Origin: Macrostomum lignano
Taxonomy: Eukaryota
NCBI GenBank assembly: GCA_002269645.1
Contig: NIVC01002778.1
Location: forward strand, 62,001 to 126,000
Length of the DNA: 64,000 nt
Direction: 5' to 3'
Shown here: positions 11,959-25,764 of the stretch, piece by piece
Layout of the letters: each line of letters starts with the position of its first letter
Numbering within the stretch: the stretch's first letter is position 1
Position numbers and translations under genes: made by a program
Notes under the pieces: model-generated
What the model saw: only the letters and a program-made list of their open reading frames with translations
What the model was told of the DNA's origin: nothing
Databases searched by the model: none

Positions 11959-13485
11959 TCAGCGATCATTTTGGCGCCGCAGGCTTTCATTTTGGCGCCA
12001 AAGGCACTCATTTTGGCGCCGCAGGCTCTCATTTTGGCGCCGCAGGCTCTCATTTTGGCGCCGCAGGCTTTCATTTTGGCGCCACAGGCTCTCATTTTGG
12101 CGCCAAAGGCACTCATTTTGGCGCCGCAGGCTCTCATTTTGGCGCCGCAGGCTCTCATTTTGGCGCCAAAGGCACTCATTTTGGCGCCGCAGGCTCTCAT
12201 TTTGGCGCCAAAGGCACTCATTTTGGCGCCGCAGGCTCTCATTTTGGCGCCGCAGGCTCTCATTTTGGCGCCGCAGGCTCTCATTTTGGCGCCGCAGGCT
12301 CTCATTTTGGCGCCACAGGCACTCATTTTGGCGCCGCAGGCTCTCATTTTGGCGCCACAGGCACTCATTTTGGCGCCGCAGGCTTTCATTTTGGCGCCAC
12401 AGGCTCTCATTTTGGCGCCAAAGGCACTCATTTTGGCGCCGCAGGCTCTCATTTTGGCGCCGCAGGCTCTCATTTTGGCGCCGCAGGCTTTCATTTTGGC
12501 GCCACAGGCTCTCATTTTGGCGCCGCAGGCACTCATTTTGGCGCCGCAGGCTCTCATTTTGGCGCCGCAGGCTCTCATTTTGGCGCCGCAGGCACTCATT
12601 TTGGCGCCGCAGGCTCTCATTTTGGCGCCGCAGGCTCTCATTTTGGCGCCGCAGGCTCTCATTTTGGCGCCGCAGGCACTCATTTTGGCGCCGCAGCCTC
12701 TCATTTTGGCGCCGCAGGCACTCATTTTGGCACCGCAGGCTCTCATTTTGGCGCCAAAGGCACTCATTTTGGCGCCGCAGGCACTCATTTTGGCGCCGCA
12801 GGCTCTCATTTTGGCGCCGCAGGCTCTCATTTCGGCGCCACAGGCACTCATTTTGGCGCCGCAGGCTCTTATTTTGGCGCCACAGGCTCTCATTTTGGCG
12901 CCGCAGGCTCTCATTTTGGCGCCGCAGGCTCTCATTTTGGCGCCGCAGGCTCTCATTTTGGCGCCAAAGGCACTCATTTTGGCGCCGCAGGCTCTCATTT
13001 TGGCGCCGCAGGCTCTCATTTTGGCGCCAAAGGCTCTCATTTTGGCGCCGCAGGCTCTTATTTTGGCGCCACAGGCTCTCATTTTGGCGCCGCAGGCTCT
13101 CATTTTGGCGCCGCAGGCTCTCATTTTGGCGCCGCAGGCTCTCATTTTGGCGCCAAAGGCACTCATTTTGGCGCCGCATGCTCTTATTTTGGCGCCGCAG
13201 GCTCTCATTTTGGCGCCGCAGGCTCTCATTTTGGCGCCAAAGGCTCTCATTTTGGCGCCGCAGGCTCTCATTTTGGCGCCGCAGGCTCTCATTTTGGCGC
13301 CGCAGGCTCTCATTTTGGCGCCGCAGGCACTCATTTTGGCGCCGCAGGCTCTCATTTCGGCGCCGCAGGCTCTCATTTTGGCGCCGCAGGCACTCATTTT
13401 GGCGCTGCAGGCTCTTATTTTGGCGCCGCAGGCTCTCATTTTGGCGCCGCAGGCTCTCATTTTGGCGCCGCAGGCACCATTTTGG
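11959..13485. repeat. Homogeneous 21 bp minisatellite (TTTTGGCGCCGCAGGCTCTCA), about 72 units
   Basis: Directly visible; explains five overlapping repetitive ORFs on both strands. Confidence 0.97.
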
Positions 13486-14065
13486 TGCCGTGCCGTAGGC
13501 GCTGCTTTATCGCCCTGAAGAGAAATTTTTGATTTCCATAAGAGGTCAACAAAGGTGGGAGGACAAAGCCTTGGAATGTCTCCCATAACTTTTACTGCTG
13601 GGTATGTCCCCACCCCCTGTCCCCCCGGTCTTGACGCGACAATAACTGAAGTGTTCAATTCTTTGGTCAAGAATAAAAGTAGACCCATATTATCCAGTTA
13701 TAAAAGTAAACACGCTTTGACCAATTGTGATAATGAAGTCATGAATTGTTGCAGTTATTGAATAACTGTGATTGCAAACTTGTAAAATACAACCCTAGTA
13801 AAACGAAGCATCAGTCATTGAGCTTTGCATACAATAATTTTTTTCGCATCGTCTTTGAACAGTAAAAAATCATCGGTTGGTTATTTGCCCATGCAGCTGC
13901 GATAAAAAGGCTTGTAGCAGCGGTTGCCACTCAGCGCCTTCCCTCGTTGGCAGATTGTGTAGTGAGCTGCGAGCTGCAGCAGAAGAATCTGTAAACTAGA
14001 CTATGTATAAAATTTTATGGAAACATATTTAGCAATGCTACTTACAATGCTTTAGCAATGCTTGG

Positions 14066-14660
14066 GACTGTCAGCTAGGGTCTGTCAGCTAGGGACTGTC
14101 AGCTAGGGACTGTCAGCTAGGGACTGTCAGCTAGGGTCTGTCAGCTAGGGACTGTCAGCTAGGGACTGTCAGCTAGGGACTGTCAGCTAGGGACTGTCAG
14201 CTAGGGACTGTCAGCTAGGGACTGTCAGCTAGGGACTGTCAGCTAGGGACTGTCAGCTAGGGACTGTCAGCTAGGGACTGTCAGCTAGGGACTGTCAGCT
14301 AGGGACTGTCAGCGAGAGGCTGTCAGCTAGGGACTGTCAGCTAGGGACTGTCAGCTAGGGACTGTCAGCTAGGGACTGTCAGCTAGGGACTGTCAGCGAG
14401 AGGCTGTCAGCTAGGGTCTGTCAGCTAGGGACTGTCAGCTAGGGACTGTCAGCTAGGGACTGTCAGCTAGGGACTGTCAGCTAGGGACTGTCAGCTAGGG
14501 ACTGTCAGCTAGGGACTGTCAGCTAGGGACTGTCAGCTAGGGACTGTCAGCTAGGGACTGTCAGCGAGGGACTGTCAGCTAGGGACTGTCAGCTAGGGAC
14601 TGTCAGCTAGGGACTGTCAGCTAGGGACTGTCAGCTAGGGACTGTCAGACTGTCAGACTG
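14066..14660. repeat. 14 bp minisatellite (CTAGGGACTGTCAG), about 40 units
   Basis: Directly visible. Confidence 0.97.
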
Positions 14661-15699
14661 TCAGCTGTCATCAGGGACTGACTGATAACTAAGTGAAGTT
14701 ATCAAGTTGTCCTTGGGCGGTAATAAGGATAGTGCGACCGCTGTTTTTCGTCACTTGTACGAAAAAGGCCGACATGGGTTGCTTAAATTTTGAGTTCAGT
14801 AGCTTAGGGACATAGACGCTATTTTTTGAGAATTGAATAAAACTTTTCATGAATTAATTAAAAAGCTACTCAATTAAACTAAGATTGATGAATTCACATG
14901 AATTCACTGCAGAGACTACTGACGAAATTGAGTTCAGTAGTTGATTTTCGCGCTGTCGCGAGATGCAATTTTTTTACATTAGCTTCTAAGGCCACATAAG
15001 CTGTTAATGAGTGCCCCATCTTGTGTATATATGATCTTTGCCCTTGACAGAAAAGATTAAATGTCTAGAAAGTGCAACGTATTATTTGCTGCTCAAGTTG
15101 TAATTAAATATTAATTTGTAAATTATTACAAAATCTAATATACGAGTATACAGCTTTTATAACGATTGGCCGCAGAACAATGCTTTTAAACGAGCCTAAT
15201 ATTTTTTCGCCATGATTTTTTAGTTCACCGTCCTGAGTGATTAAGTTGTCCTTGGTTTCTGTTTGTAAAATCTCAGACAGTTGCCTGCTGCAATCCCTCA
15301 ACGGTGTTTCATCATGCGAATTGGATCTGATAACTGCTGTCCGCGCACCCGTTAAACTCTCTGCCCCTCAGTTGTGCGATGCCTTCCCCGCTCACCCTGC
15401 AGCCAATCAGCTTGGATGCTTCTCTTTTATCAGGCGCAACTCCACTCCACCCAAATATCGATTAATTAATAATACATTGACAATCAAGGCAGTGAAGTGG
15501 CCAAGCCTTCTCTTACATCCAGTGACTTTGTCTTTTACCTCTCATGACTCGAGTGACTGTCTGACAACGTGTTTTTTGTTGTTGTTATTGTTTTTTATCT
15601 CCAAAGTCAGCCTACATTGACATCGCTAGCAGAAATGTCTGTGCCTCTACAACTGCCCCCACCTTTTGGCACGGGATTGGGTACTATTTTTGCCGAGGC

Positions 15700-15910
15700 G
15701 CTGACGGGCAGGTGAAGAAGCTTCCGCGCTATCAGCAGTTCGTCTACCTCGGCGGTCTGATGCCTGACGTTCGCGAGGATCTGCGACGTCGCCGTGGACT
15801 TGCCTGGGTTGCCTTCCGTTTCGTGAGGGCTGTCCTGTAATCCGAGGCCTTGCCTGACCGCCAGAGGGCGGTGTTGTTCCAGGCGATGATCGAGACCGTC
15901 CCTAATGTAC
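15700..15910 (+). mobile_element. Degenerate RTE-like LINE reverse transcriptase fragment
   Basis: Translates as FVYLGGLMPDVREDLRRRRGLAWVAF...QRAVLFQAMIETV with an internal stop. This resembles the region after the YLG motif in RTE-clade RTs. Confidence 0.55.
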
Positions 15911-16199
15911 AACGCCGAGACCTGAACGCTGACGGAATCGCTCGAACAGCAGGTCGATGCAGCGCAAGATTGGCTCTATCGCCGCACCGGCCTGTCCCAG
16001 CGAACCGTTGCGCCGTCGGTGACTCCAGCTGGCAGGCCATATCATCCGTGACCGGGCGCAGGTTGTTGCTGCAGACACCAGATATCCAGCTCAAAGAAGC
16101 ACTGAAACAGGCCAGGGCATTCGCGGCGGTCGATCTGCAATCTGAGTCTGTGAACGCAATGCGGCGTATCACCAAGCTAGACCGACCGGAGCAAACCAG

Positions 16200-17330
16200 A
16201 ACAAAGTGAATCCGCTGTGGAGAGTCAGGCCATCGAACGGCGAGGCGGCTAGAGGAAGGACGTGTCGGAACTGCAACACGGTTGGTCACCTAGCGAAGGC
16301 GTGCTTGTCAAAGTCTGTGAGCTTCAGAAAGGTGCACGCTATCGCCGAGGAGCAGCCGGTTGATCAGCAACAGCGAGACAGCGACAGCAGCTGTGCTGCC
16401 CTACGCCACAACGTAAGCGACTGCCGCTCGTGAAAATGGACATCAACGGCCACGACGCCACAGACCTGCTAATCGACAGCGGCGCCAGCTGCAAACCTGA
16501 TGGACTAAATAATTCAAGGTCATCAGAGGCACGGCCGACAACCTTCGCGAGTCAAAGCAGCGGGTCTTCCCGTTCGGCTCCAGCAAACGCCTCGCTACTC
16601 TTGGCGAAGCCACCCTTCGGACCGCCGTTTATGACGTCAGCGCCAGTCTCAGCTACAACATTGTCAAGGAGACGGGCGCACAATCGTTGGCTGCGAGACC
16701 AGCGAGGAGCTGGGAATCCTATGCATCGGACTACGCAATCCCTGCGTCTGGCATCTAAAAGAGCTCCAGGAGCCACTCAGCGCTGCATTGGCGGCTGCGG
16801 CGACGGAGGCAGACGATCAGACAATGCCACAACAGAAGCGCCAAAGCAAAATCATCAAGACCTTTAGACAGCGATTTGCGGGAATCGGGTGTGTCAAGAA
16901 CGTTGATGCCGGCATCCACCTGCAAGACGGAGCCGTGCCGATCTGCCATCCGCCAAGTCGCATCAAGTGCGCATCACACAGGATCGGAGAGATGTGAACA
17001 AGTTCGTAATGCCCGAGAAACAGCCCATACCAAATTTTGGGCATTAGCAAGGCGTTCTATCATCGCGACCTGCTGATATTCTCGACACCGAAGAGTCTAA
17101 CGCGTTTGTACATGGGCTTTACGCCAGCGTCACAGATTCAACAACGAGTCCTGACCAGCGTGCTCGACGGGCTTCCAGGATCCGCTGGGTACATGACGAT
17201 ATAGCACCGTCGATGAGCACGACAAGTAGCTAGCGGCAACGGCAACTTTGCGAAGGCTATAGAGAAACACAACACATCACCTTAAATCCTGCAGAGTGCA
17301 AGTTCGCACTCTGTACGAACCTATACTCAG
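16200..17330 (+). mobile_element. Degenerate Gypsy-type gag/protease/RT remnant
   Basis: CCHC knuckle CRNCNTVGHLAKAC, aspartic protease-like LLIDSGAS, and an RT-like fragment near 17110-17200. Multiple frameshifts. Homologous to 46655-47130. Confidence 0.7.
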
Positions 17331-19074
17331 CAACATCGAAAAGTCGCCATCACAGAAGATTCCGCCCGTGGTCGCCACTTTTGAGAGTGCAGGTTAAAGT
17401 CTCTCAATCTTTGCGAGTGACGCAACTTAGCTACGCCACGCGGCAGACTTGAGTTGAGGAATGGAGTGGGGGAGCGGTGTGCGAGGGTTGGACGGATTGA
17501 AGCTGCCCCGATCAGTTTTCTTGACTTTCTTGACTATTTACCAACACTGAAATGTCAATGTTGGTGAGTATATATGATATATGATAAGATAAAGAGACAC
17601 AAAATATATTGAAAAAGACACTCATGCCACAGAATATATTCTGTATATTCTGTGCACCCACGCTGTCTGATAAAACCAGTCAAGTTGAGGCTGCAACTCC
17701 AAATACGATATGAAATAACAAAAATCTTTAAAGAAACAATTGCTTAAATACTTCAGATTTAAGTGAAAAAACAGCACAAAAAACTGCGATTTATAAATGG
17801 AAATACGCCGCATGCTGCATCAAGCTGCCTTTTAGTCATTGTTCATTGACAGGCAAATGTGCTTATGCCTGCAGCAAAGTCTGAAAATGAAAATTATATT
17901 TTTCTAGTTCACCTCTCTTGTCCGCCAGTAGGTCTCAGCAAAACACTCAAACGTGAGCAGCTTTAGGCTTTGACAGATGGAAATGCGTCAGCAAGTTTAG
18001 TGCAGCTTCTTTCTGCAGTGTCCCGCGTCTCAGAGAGCTTGAGATTCGCAAATGAGTTGATAAAAGTTCGCTCTGCAATGCCCACAGGCAAAGCTGAGGA
18101 GAGGGTATTGGAGTGAAACGGCTGCTTGACACTTGAATAGCAAGATTTTCGTCTTTAGAATCTCAGTGCTTTCGGCTTGAATAGCTGTTTTTTATTATTA
18201 AGAAATGGGCAAGAGAGATGGCGGCTTCCACAATGGCTGACCGTCTCCATGATTGTTGCTACACCATGGGGTTGGCAGAATTTGTACAGAGACGCTGCAC
18301 ACAGTCAGGCCTAAGGACAAAGTCTGAGCGATGTGCTGCATAAGACCATGTGCTCAATCAAGTGCTTATGTCTCTGTTTTTCTATTGTGCTCAGGTTATA
18401 AAAGTTCGCACAGGTAGTTGAAAACTCGGAGCGTAAATAGCCTTTGCACTGGGATGTGTGCTCACAACCAAAATTGAAATTGCATTTTGACTTAGAAACC
18501 AGGGTTGAAATCACAGCACATCTGCTGAAGCTCGTCTGCACTAAGCTCCTTGGTAATAAGGAATTTGCTTGTTAAGCCGCTTGTTAACAGCTTTAATAAT
18601 GAGTGTAAGTTCTCAGATATGTGTTTCAATTTTCTCTCTGCTTCTGTTAGTTTCAATTTCAGCTCTCTTTATCAGAGGTATTTTCATGCGGAATTATTAA
18701 TAGAAGCTCGTATTACTCCGGTTTTAGGAGCATCAGGAATTGCTTCCAGTGGTGGATAAAGAAGAGGTGAGAAAATCGGTGATATTAAATGGATAAGGCG
18801 AGACGTACAGAAATTTAGAAGTTACTAGCAATCTAGTGCGGCCCCCCTTCGGGGCGCCCAATAAGCACGGAGCAAAAATAGTTAATGGAAAACAATTAAA
18901 AAAGCACATTTTCTTAAACACCAATTCCTTCTTAACTTTTAAAAATCACCTTATTCATGTAAAATTGTCACGGACAATGATATTTGCTATGAATCTATTT
19001 TTTTCTAAAATTAACAAATATACAACAAAATATAACTTTCACAAAGATAACAGACATTACCCCTAAATAGAAAA

Positions 19075-20640
19075 TATTCCCAAAACAGCAAGCATCCCTC
19101 CAGATAGCAAGCACCCCCTCCAAAAGTAAGCAACCGCAGATAGCAAGCATCCCCTAATACTCGTAGCAAGCATCCACCCAGATAGCGAGCATCCTGCAGA
19201 CAGCAAGCATTTCCCAAATATTGTAGAATCATCCACCCAGATAGCAAGCATCTGCAGATAACAAGCATCCCCCAAATATTGTAGAAGCATCCACCCAGAT
19301 AGCAAGCATCCCCCAAATATTGTAGAAGCATCCACCCAGATAGCAAGCATCCCCCAAATATTGTAGAAGCATCCACCCAGATAGCAAGCATCTGCAGATA
19401 GCAAGCATCCACCCAGATAGCAAGCATCCACCCAGATAGCAAGCATCTGCAGATAGCAAGCATCCACCCAGACAGCAAGCATTTCCCAAATATTGTAGAA
19501 GCATCCACCCAAATAGCAAGCATCTGCAGATAACAAGCATCCCCCAAAATATTGTAGAAGCATCCAGCTAGATAGCAAGCATCCCCCAAATATTGTAGAA
19601 GCATCCACCCAGACAGCAAGCATCCCCCAGATAGCAAGCATCCACCCAGACAGCAAGCATCCTGCAGATACCAAGCACCCCCCAGATATTGTAGAAGCAT
19701 CCACCCAGACAGCAAGCATCTCCCAGATAGCAAGCATCCACCCAGACAGCAAGCATTTCCCAAATATTGTAGAAGCATCCACCCAAATAGCAAGCATCTG
19801 CAGATAACAAGCATCCCCCAAATATTGTAGAAGCATCCAGCTAGATAGCAAGCATCCCCCAAATATTGTAGAAGCATCCACCCAAATAGCAAGCATCTGC
19901 AGATAACAAGCATCCCCCAAATATTGTAGAAGCATCCAGCTAGATAGCAAGCATCCCCCAGATAGCAAGCATCCACCCAGACAGCAAGCATCCTGCAGAT
20001 ACCAAGCACCCCCCAGATATTGTAGAAGCATCCACCCAGACAGCAAGCATCTCCCAGATAGCAAGCATCCACCCAGACAGCAAGCATTTCCCAAATATTG
20101 TAGAAGCATCCACCCAAATAGCAAGCATCTGCAGATAACAAGCATCCCCCAAATATTGTAGAAGCATCCAGCTAGATAGCAAGCATCCCCCAAATATTGT
20201 AGAAGCATCCACCCAAATAGCAAGCATCTGCAGATAACAAGCATCCCCCAAATATTGTAGAAGCATCCACCCAGACAGCAAGCATCCCCCAAATATTGTA
20301 GAAGCATCCACCCAAATAGCAAGCATCTGCAGATAACAAGCATCCACCCAGACAGCAAGCATTTCCCAGATAGCAAGCATCCCCCAAATATTGTAGAAGC
20401 ATCCACCCAGACAGCAAGCATCCCCCAGATAGCAAGCATCCACCCAGACAGCAAGCATCCTGCAGATACCAAGCACCCCCCAGATATTGTAGAAGCATCC
20501 ACCCAGACAGCAAGCATCTCCCAGATAGCAAGCATCCACCCAGACAGCAAGCATCCTGCAGATACCAAGCACCACCCAAATATTGCAGAAGCATCAACCC
20601 AGTTAGTAAGAATCCATAAAAAGCAAACATCCCTAGATAG
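19075..20640. repeat. Compound minisatellite built on GATAGCAAGCATCC with a higher-order structure (interspersed AAATATTGTAGAAGCATCC modules)
   Basis: Directly visible. Confidence 0.95.
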
Positions 20641-20659
20641 AAAGAATCCCATACATATA

Positions 20660-22510
20660 GCCAAGCTTATCAAGCGCAGTATTCCTTTGTTTGCCAAGCG
20701 CAGTAATCATTGGTTTATCAAGTGCAGTAATCCTTGGCTTATCAAGTGAAGTAAGTTCTGGTCTATCAAGTGCAGTAATCCTTGGTTTATCAAGTGCAGT
20801 AAGTCTTGGTTTATCAAGTGCAGAAATCCTTGGTTTATCAAGTGCAGAAATCCTTGGTTTATCAAGTGCAGAAATCCTTGGTTTATAAAGTGCCGTAAGT
20901 CTTGGTTTATCCAATGCAGTAGTCCTTGGTTTATCAAGTGCAATAATCCTTGGTTAATCAAGTGCAGTAATCCTTGGTTTATCAAGTGCAGTAATCCTTG
21001 GTTTATCAAGTGCAGAAATCCTTGGCTTATCAAGTGCAGTAATCCTTAGTTTATCAAGTGCAGTAACCCTTTGTTTATCAAGCGCAGTAGTCCTTGGTTT
21101 ATCAAGTGCAGTAATCCTTGGCTTATCGAGTGCAATAATCCTTGGCTTATCAAGTGCAATAATCCTTGGTTTATCAAGTGCAATAATCCTTGGTTTATCA
21201 AGCGCAGTAATCTTTGGCTTATCAAGTGCAATAATCCTTGGTTTATCAAGTGCAGTAATCCTTGGCCTATCAAGTGCAATAATCCTTGGTTTATCAAGCG
21301 CAGTAATCCTTGGCTTATCGAGTGCAATAATCCTTGGCTTAGCAAGTGCAATAATCCTTGGTTTATCAAGTGCAGAAATCCTTGGTTTATCAAGTGCAGA
21401 AATCCTTGGTTTATAAAGTGCCGTAAGTCTTGGTTTATCCAATGCAGTAGTCCTTGGTTTATCAAGTGCAGTAATCCTTGGTTAATCAAGTGCAGTAATC
21501 CTTGGTTTATCAAGTGCAGTAATCCTTGGTTTATCAAGTGCAGTAATCCTTGGTTTATCAAGTGCAGAAATCCTTGGCTTATCAAGTGCAGTAATCCTTA
21601 GTTTATCAAGTGCAGTAACCCTTTGTTTATCAAGCGCAGTAGTCCTTGGTTTATCAAGTGCAGTAATCCTTGGCTTATCGAGTGCAATAATCCTTGGCTT
21701 ATCAAGTGCAATAATCCTTGGTTTATCAAGTGCAATAATCCTTGGTTTATCAAGCGCAGTAATCCTTGGCTTATCGAGTGCAATAATCCTTGGCTTAGCA
21801 AGTGCAATAATCCTTGGTTTATCAAGTGCAGTAATCCTTGGCCTATCAAGTGCAATAATCCTTGGTTTATCGAGTGCAGTAATCCTTGGCTTATCAAGTG
21901 CAGTAATCCTTGGTTTATCAAGTGCAGTAATCCTTGGTTTATCAAGCGCAGTAGTCCTTGGTTTATCAAGTGCAGTAATCCTTGGCTTATCGAGTGCAAT
22001 AATCCTTGGCTTATCAAGTGCAATAATCCTTGGTTTATCAAGTGCAATAATCCTTGGTTTATCAAGCGCAGTAATCTTTGGCTTATCGAGTGCAATAATC
22101 CTTGGCTTATCAAGTGCAATAATCCTTGGTTTATCAAGTGCAATAATCCTTGGTTTATCAAGCGCAGTAATCTTTGGCTTATCAAGTGCAGTAATCCTTG
22201 GTTTATCAAGTGCAGTAATCCTTGGCCTATCAAGTGCAATAATCCTTGGTTTATCAAGCGCAGTAATCCTTGGCTTATCGAGTGCAATAATCCTTGGCTT
22301 AGCAAGTGCAATAATCCTTGGTTTATCAAGTGCAGTAATCCTTGGCCTATCAAGTGCAATAATCCTTGGTTTATCAAGCGCAGTAATCCTTGGCTTATCG
22401 AGTGCAATAATCCTTGGCTTATCGAGTGCAATAATCCTTGGCTTATCCAGTGCAATAATCCTTGGCTTATCCAGTGCAATAATCCTTGGTTTATCAAGTA
22501 CAATAATCCT
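20660..22510. repeat. 24 bp minisatellite (TTATCAAGTGCAGTAATCCTTGGT)
   Basis: Directly visible; source of the LDKPRITA ORFs. Confidence 0.97.
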
Positions 22511-22784
22511 TGGCTTCTAATCCATAATCCAGGTCTTTTTAATTAGTTTTTTAATAAAAGCTTTCAATAAAAAATTTATGCTACTTTTATTCTTTTATAC
22601 ACTACTAAGATTCGAACCCAGGTTGCTGCATTAGCAGTCCAGTGTGTTCACATCTAGGCTAGCTCTCATTGAAATTGTAAATGAATTTGTAGCACTTATA
22701 ATTCAACACTCACACCAAGTCAATAGAGTAAAAGTTACACGAGGCAGTTATGACATAATCAATTTCTTAGGCAAGTCAGTACCT

Positions 22785-23262
<478 letters not shown>

Positions 23263-24457
23263 CTATTGCTACATCGATTCCCATGCGCAGGCATACCAGT
23301 ACACCGAGAACAAGCGCACTTTTACATGGAAGACAAACAGCGCAGCCCAGTTAATTGGCGCTGCGCTGCCCTACGCTAAAGCTGCAGCAAAAGCCGCAGA
23401 AAAAGCTGTCGAGAACGCGAAAACGGACCACAGTGCGACGGCAGATAGTCTGAAGGCTGCGACCAGATCGATCCAGGACGGACTGGGGTCAGCGAAAATG
23501 GCTGCTGAGGCAGCGGAGCAGGCGGCAAATGCAGCTCAACAAATGGCCGCGGCTTCTGGACAGGGCGGAGCGAGCAGGCTCGAGGCCAAAGCTAAACTTG
23601 TACAACTCACCGAATCAGCGGCAAAAGACTTGGTTCGCGCGCTCGAAGGCACGGGTGCGGTGGCGAAGACGGCCTCAGGTACCATCGAGACACCCGAGCG
23701 ATTGGCCCTGGCCCACACGGCCTCAAAATTGGTGCTCAGCTGTGCCAGAGCAGCAGCAGGGATCGCCGCAGAGTCCAAGCGGCTTTCTGAGACGCTGGCC
23801 AGTCCCCAGGCGGATCAGTTCGTTCCCGGAGTGAATAAGATAAACCGAATCAATGATGGTCTCGGTGTAAGTTACAGTTACAGTTTTTTATGTGCATGGC
23901 TTTTGCAATCGCTTTGCTTGCATTTATAGGCTGAGCTGCGATCCCAATGGGAGTCAATAATCCAGACAGTTGAGGGAGCTGCAGCTGCGGCAGAACAGAC
24001 CGCCACGAGTGTCCAAGCCACTCGTTTGGAGAACACGGTTGAGACGGCAAGAAGAGCGGAAGCCGAGGCTCGAACGGCAGCGGACGTGACAAATCTGTTC
24101 TCAGTGGCGGCTGAGCACGGATTGCTGAAATTCAAGGCCGAGGCCATAAAAGCAGCGGCGGCCGCGGCGAAGAAACTGGTGACGGCTTCTGTTGAAACGG
24201 TGAAACTGGCAACCGAGGCATCCATTGCGGCTGGAGAAAACGACGCAAACGCGTGCAAATCAGCGGTCTCTGTGGCGAGTAGGTGTGCCTGTCACACTGT
24301 TAGAGCTGCGCGGCATTCGGCAGAAGCGGCTCAGTCAGCTGCCAGCAATGACCCGGACGAAACCATCGCTGTTGGGGCTGCAGATGAAGCAAAGACGGCC
24401 GTTGACGAAATCAGGAAGCTGGTGAGTCCCATTGCGCTATTTACTGTCCCGACCTAA
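23263..24457 (+). CDS. Ala-rich protein, copy 2 (5'-truncated); exons about 23263-23866 and 23930-24457
   Basis: 63 nt phase-0 GTAAGT...TTTATAG intron (23867-23929) with an open frame on both sides. Near-identical to copy 3. Confidence 0.6.
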
Positions 24458-25764
24458 TTCCTCGATAATTCTGTGAGACATGTTAAATGTGAGAAACCTT
24501 TCAAGATTGTCTACTGCAAAGTGCAAAAAAACTAGTAAGTTATAGGAATGCGGCCAGCACCCAAGTCTTGAACATATCGAATTATCGTCTCTCTGACTGT
24601 GAAATCGAAATTTTAGGAATGGGGATAACTTTGTGCTAGCCCTAATAAGTATGGGGTCCAACGTCCTTTCCTATGACTCCATCAGGGTATTCAAGCAAAG
24701 AATAGTGCTCAATTCCCTGCTTCAACGTCGGACATGTGCGTTTACCCAGTGCACCCGTTACAATGGCCGAGCTTCAATCCCCAACATCAACTTGGACAAG
24801 TGGCGCTCTCACAGGGACCTTTTTGAAAGCCTAGCAAGATCAGCATCCCAAGAATCATACACAACAAGCCAAACCTTCAGGAGCAGCAGAGAATGGCATT
24901 AAAGACTCTTCGAGACAATAGCAGCATTGTCATTAAACCTGCCGACGAGGGTAGCAATATGGTCGTTATGAATCGAACTGATTACGTACTGGAAGCTAAC
25001 AGACAGCTCTCCAACGGGACCTTCTACCAGCCCCTTGACACTGCAATGAGCGCTCAAGACCTTGAAGAGGAAAAGATAATTACTCATCCTCAATACTCGC
25101 AACTGATCCCGCCGCTTATTCCTAGAGATCGTTTTTTACCTTTTGCAAAAGATTCCCAAGGATCCCGAAGAATGGCCTATTTCTGGAGTGCCTGGATTAC
25201 CTAGCGGAAAGCTACATGAGCGCCAAAATCGATCTCTTCCTACAGCCGATCGCTAAGGAATAAGACTCCTTCATCCGAGACACGGACCACTTTCAAGCGG
25301 TTATCAATGATTTGATTTTTGAAGAAGACGAAAATGTCTTTCTGGTTAATGGATGTTAAATCCCTGTCCACCAATATTCCCACTGATAAGGGGATGGACG
25401 CCATTAGAGATGCCTTTCAAAATTTTCCCCAACCTTAAGGCCGGAAAACCATCTACTTGCGCTCCTGGACATTAACTTGAGCAGGATTTGTTCTCAACGA
25501 CACGCGCTTATCTTAAGTCAAAGGCACAAGCATGGGAAAGGCTTTTGCGCCATCCTACGCCAACATCTTTATGTTTGCCTGGGAATTCAAAGCTTTAGAA
25601 GCTGCTCCGTTTACCCCTCATTTTTTCAAGCGCTACAATACATTGATGGCATTTCTATGGTTTTCCTCGGTACTGAAGTCGAATTGAAGGAGACGCACAT
25701 ACATCTGAATGAATTCGATAGCAACATCCGACTCACGATGCAATACAACAGAGAGAAGATATAC

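Noticed and set aside
11816-13688. Long ORFs of 400-590 aa (poly-Arg, HFGAAGS, ILAPQA repeats)
   Set aside because: They are open in five frames on both strands because a stop-free 21 bp unit is repeated. There is no unique domain or splice context.
19011-22546. Cys/Leu-rich and LDKPRITA ORFs
   Set aside because: Translations of minisatellites inside a Helitron-like element.
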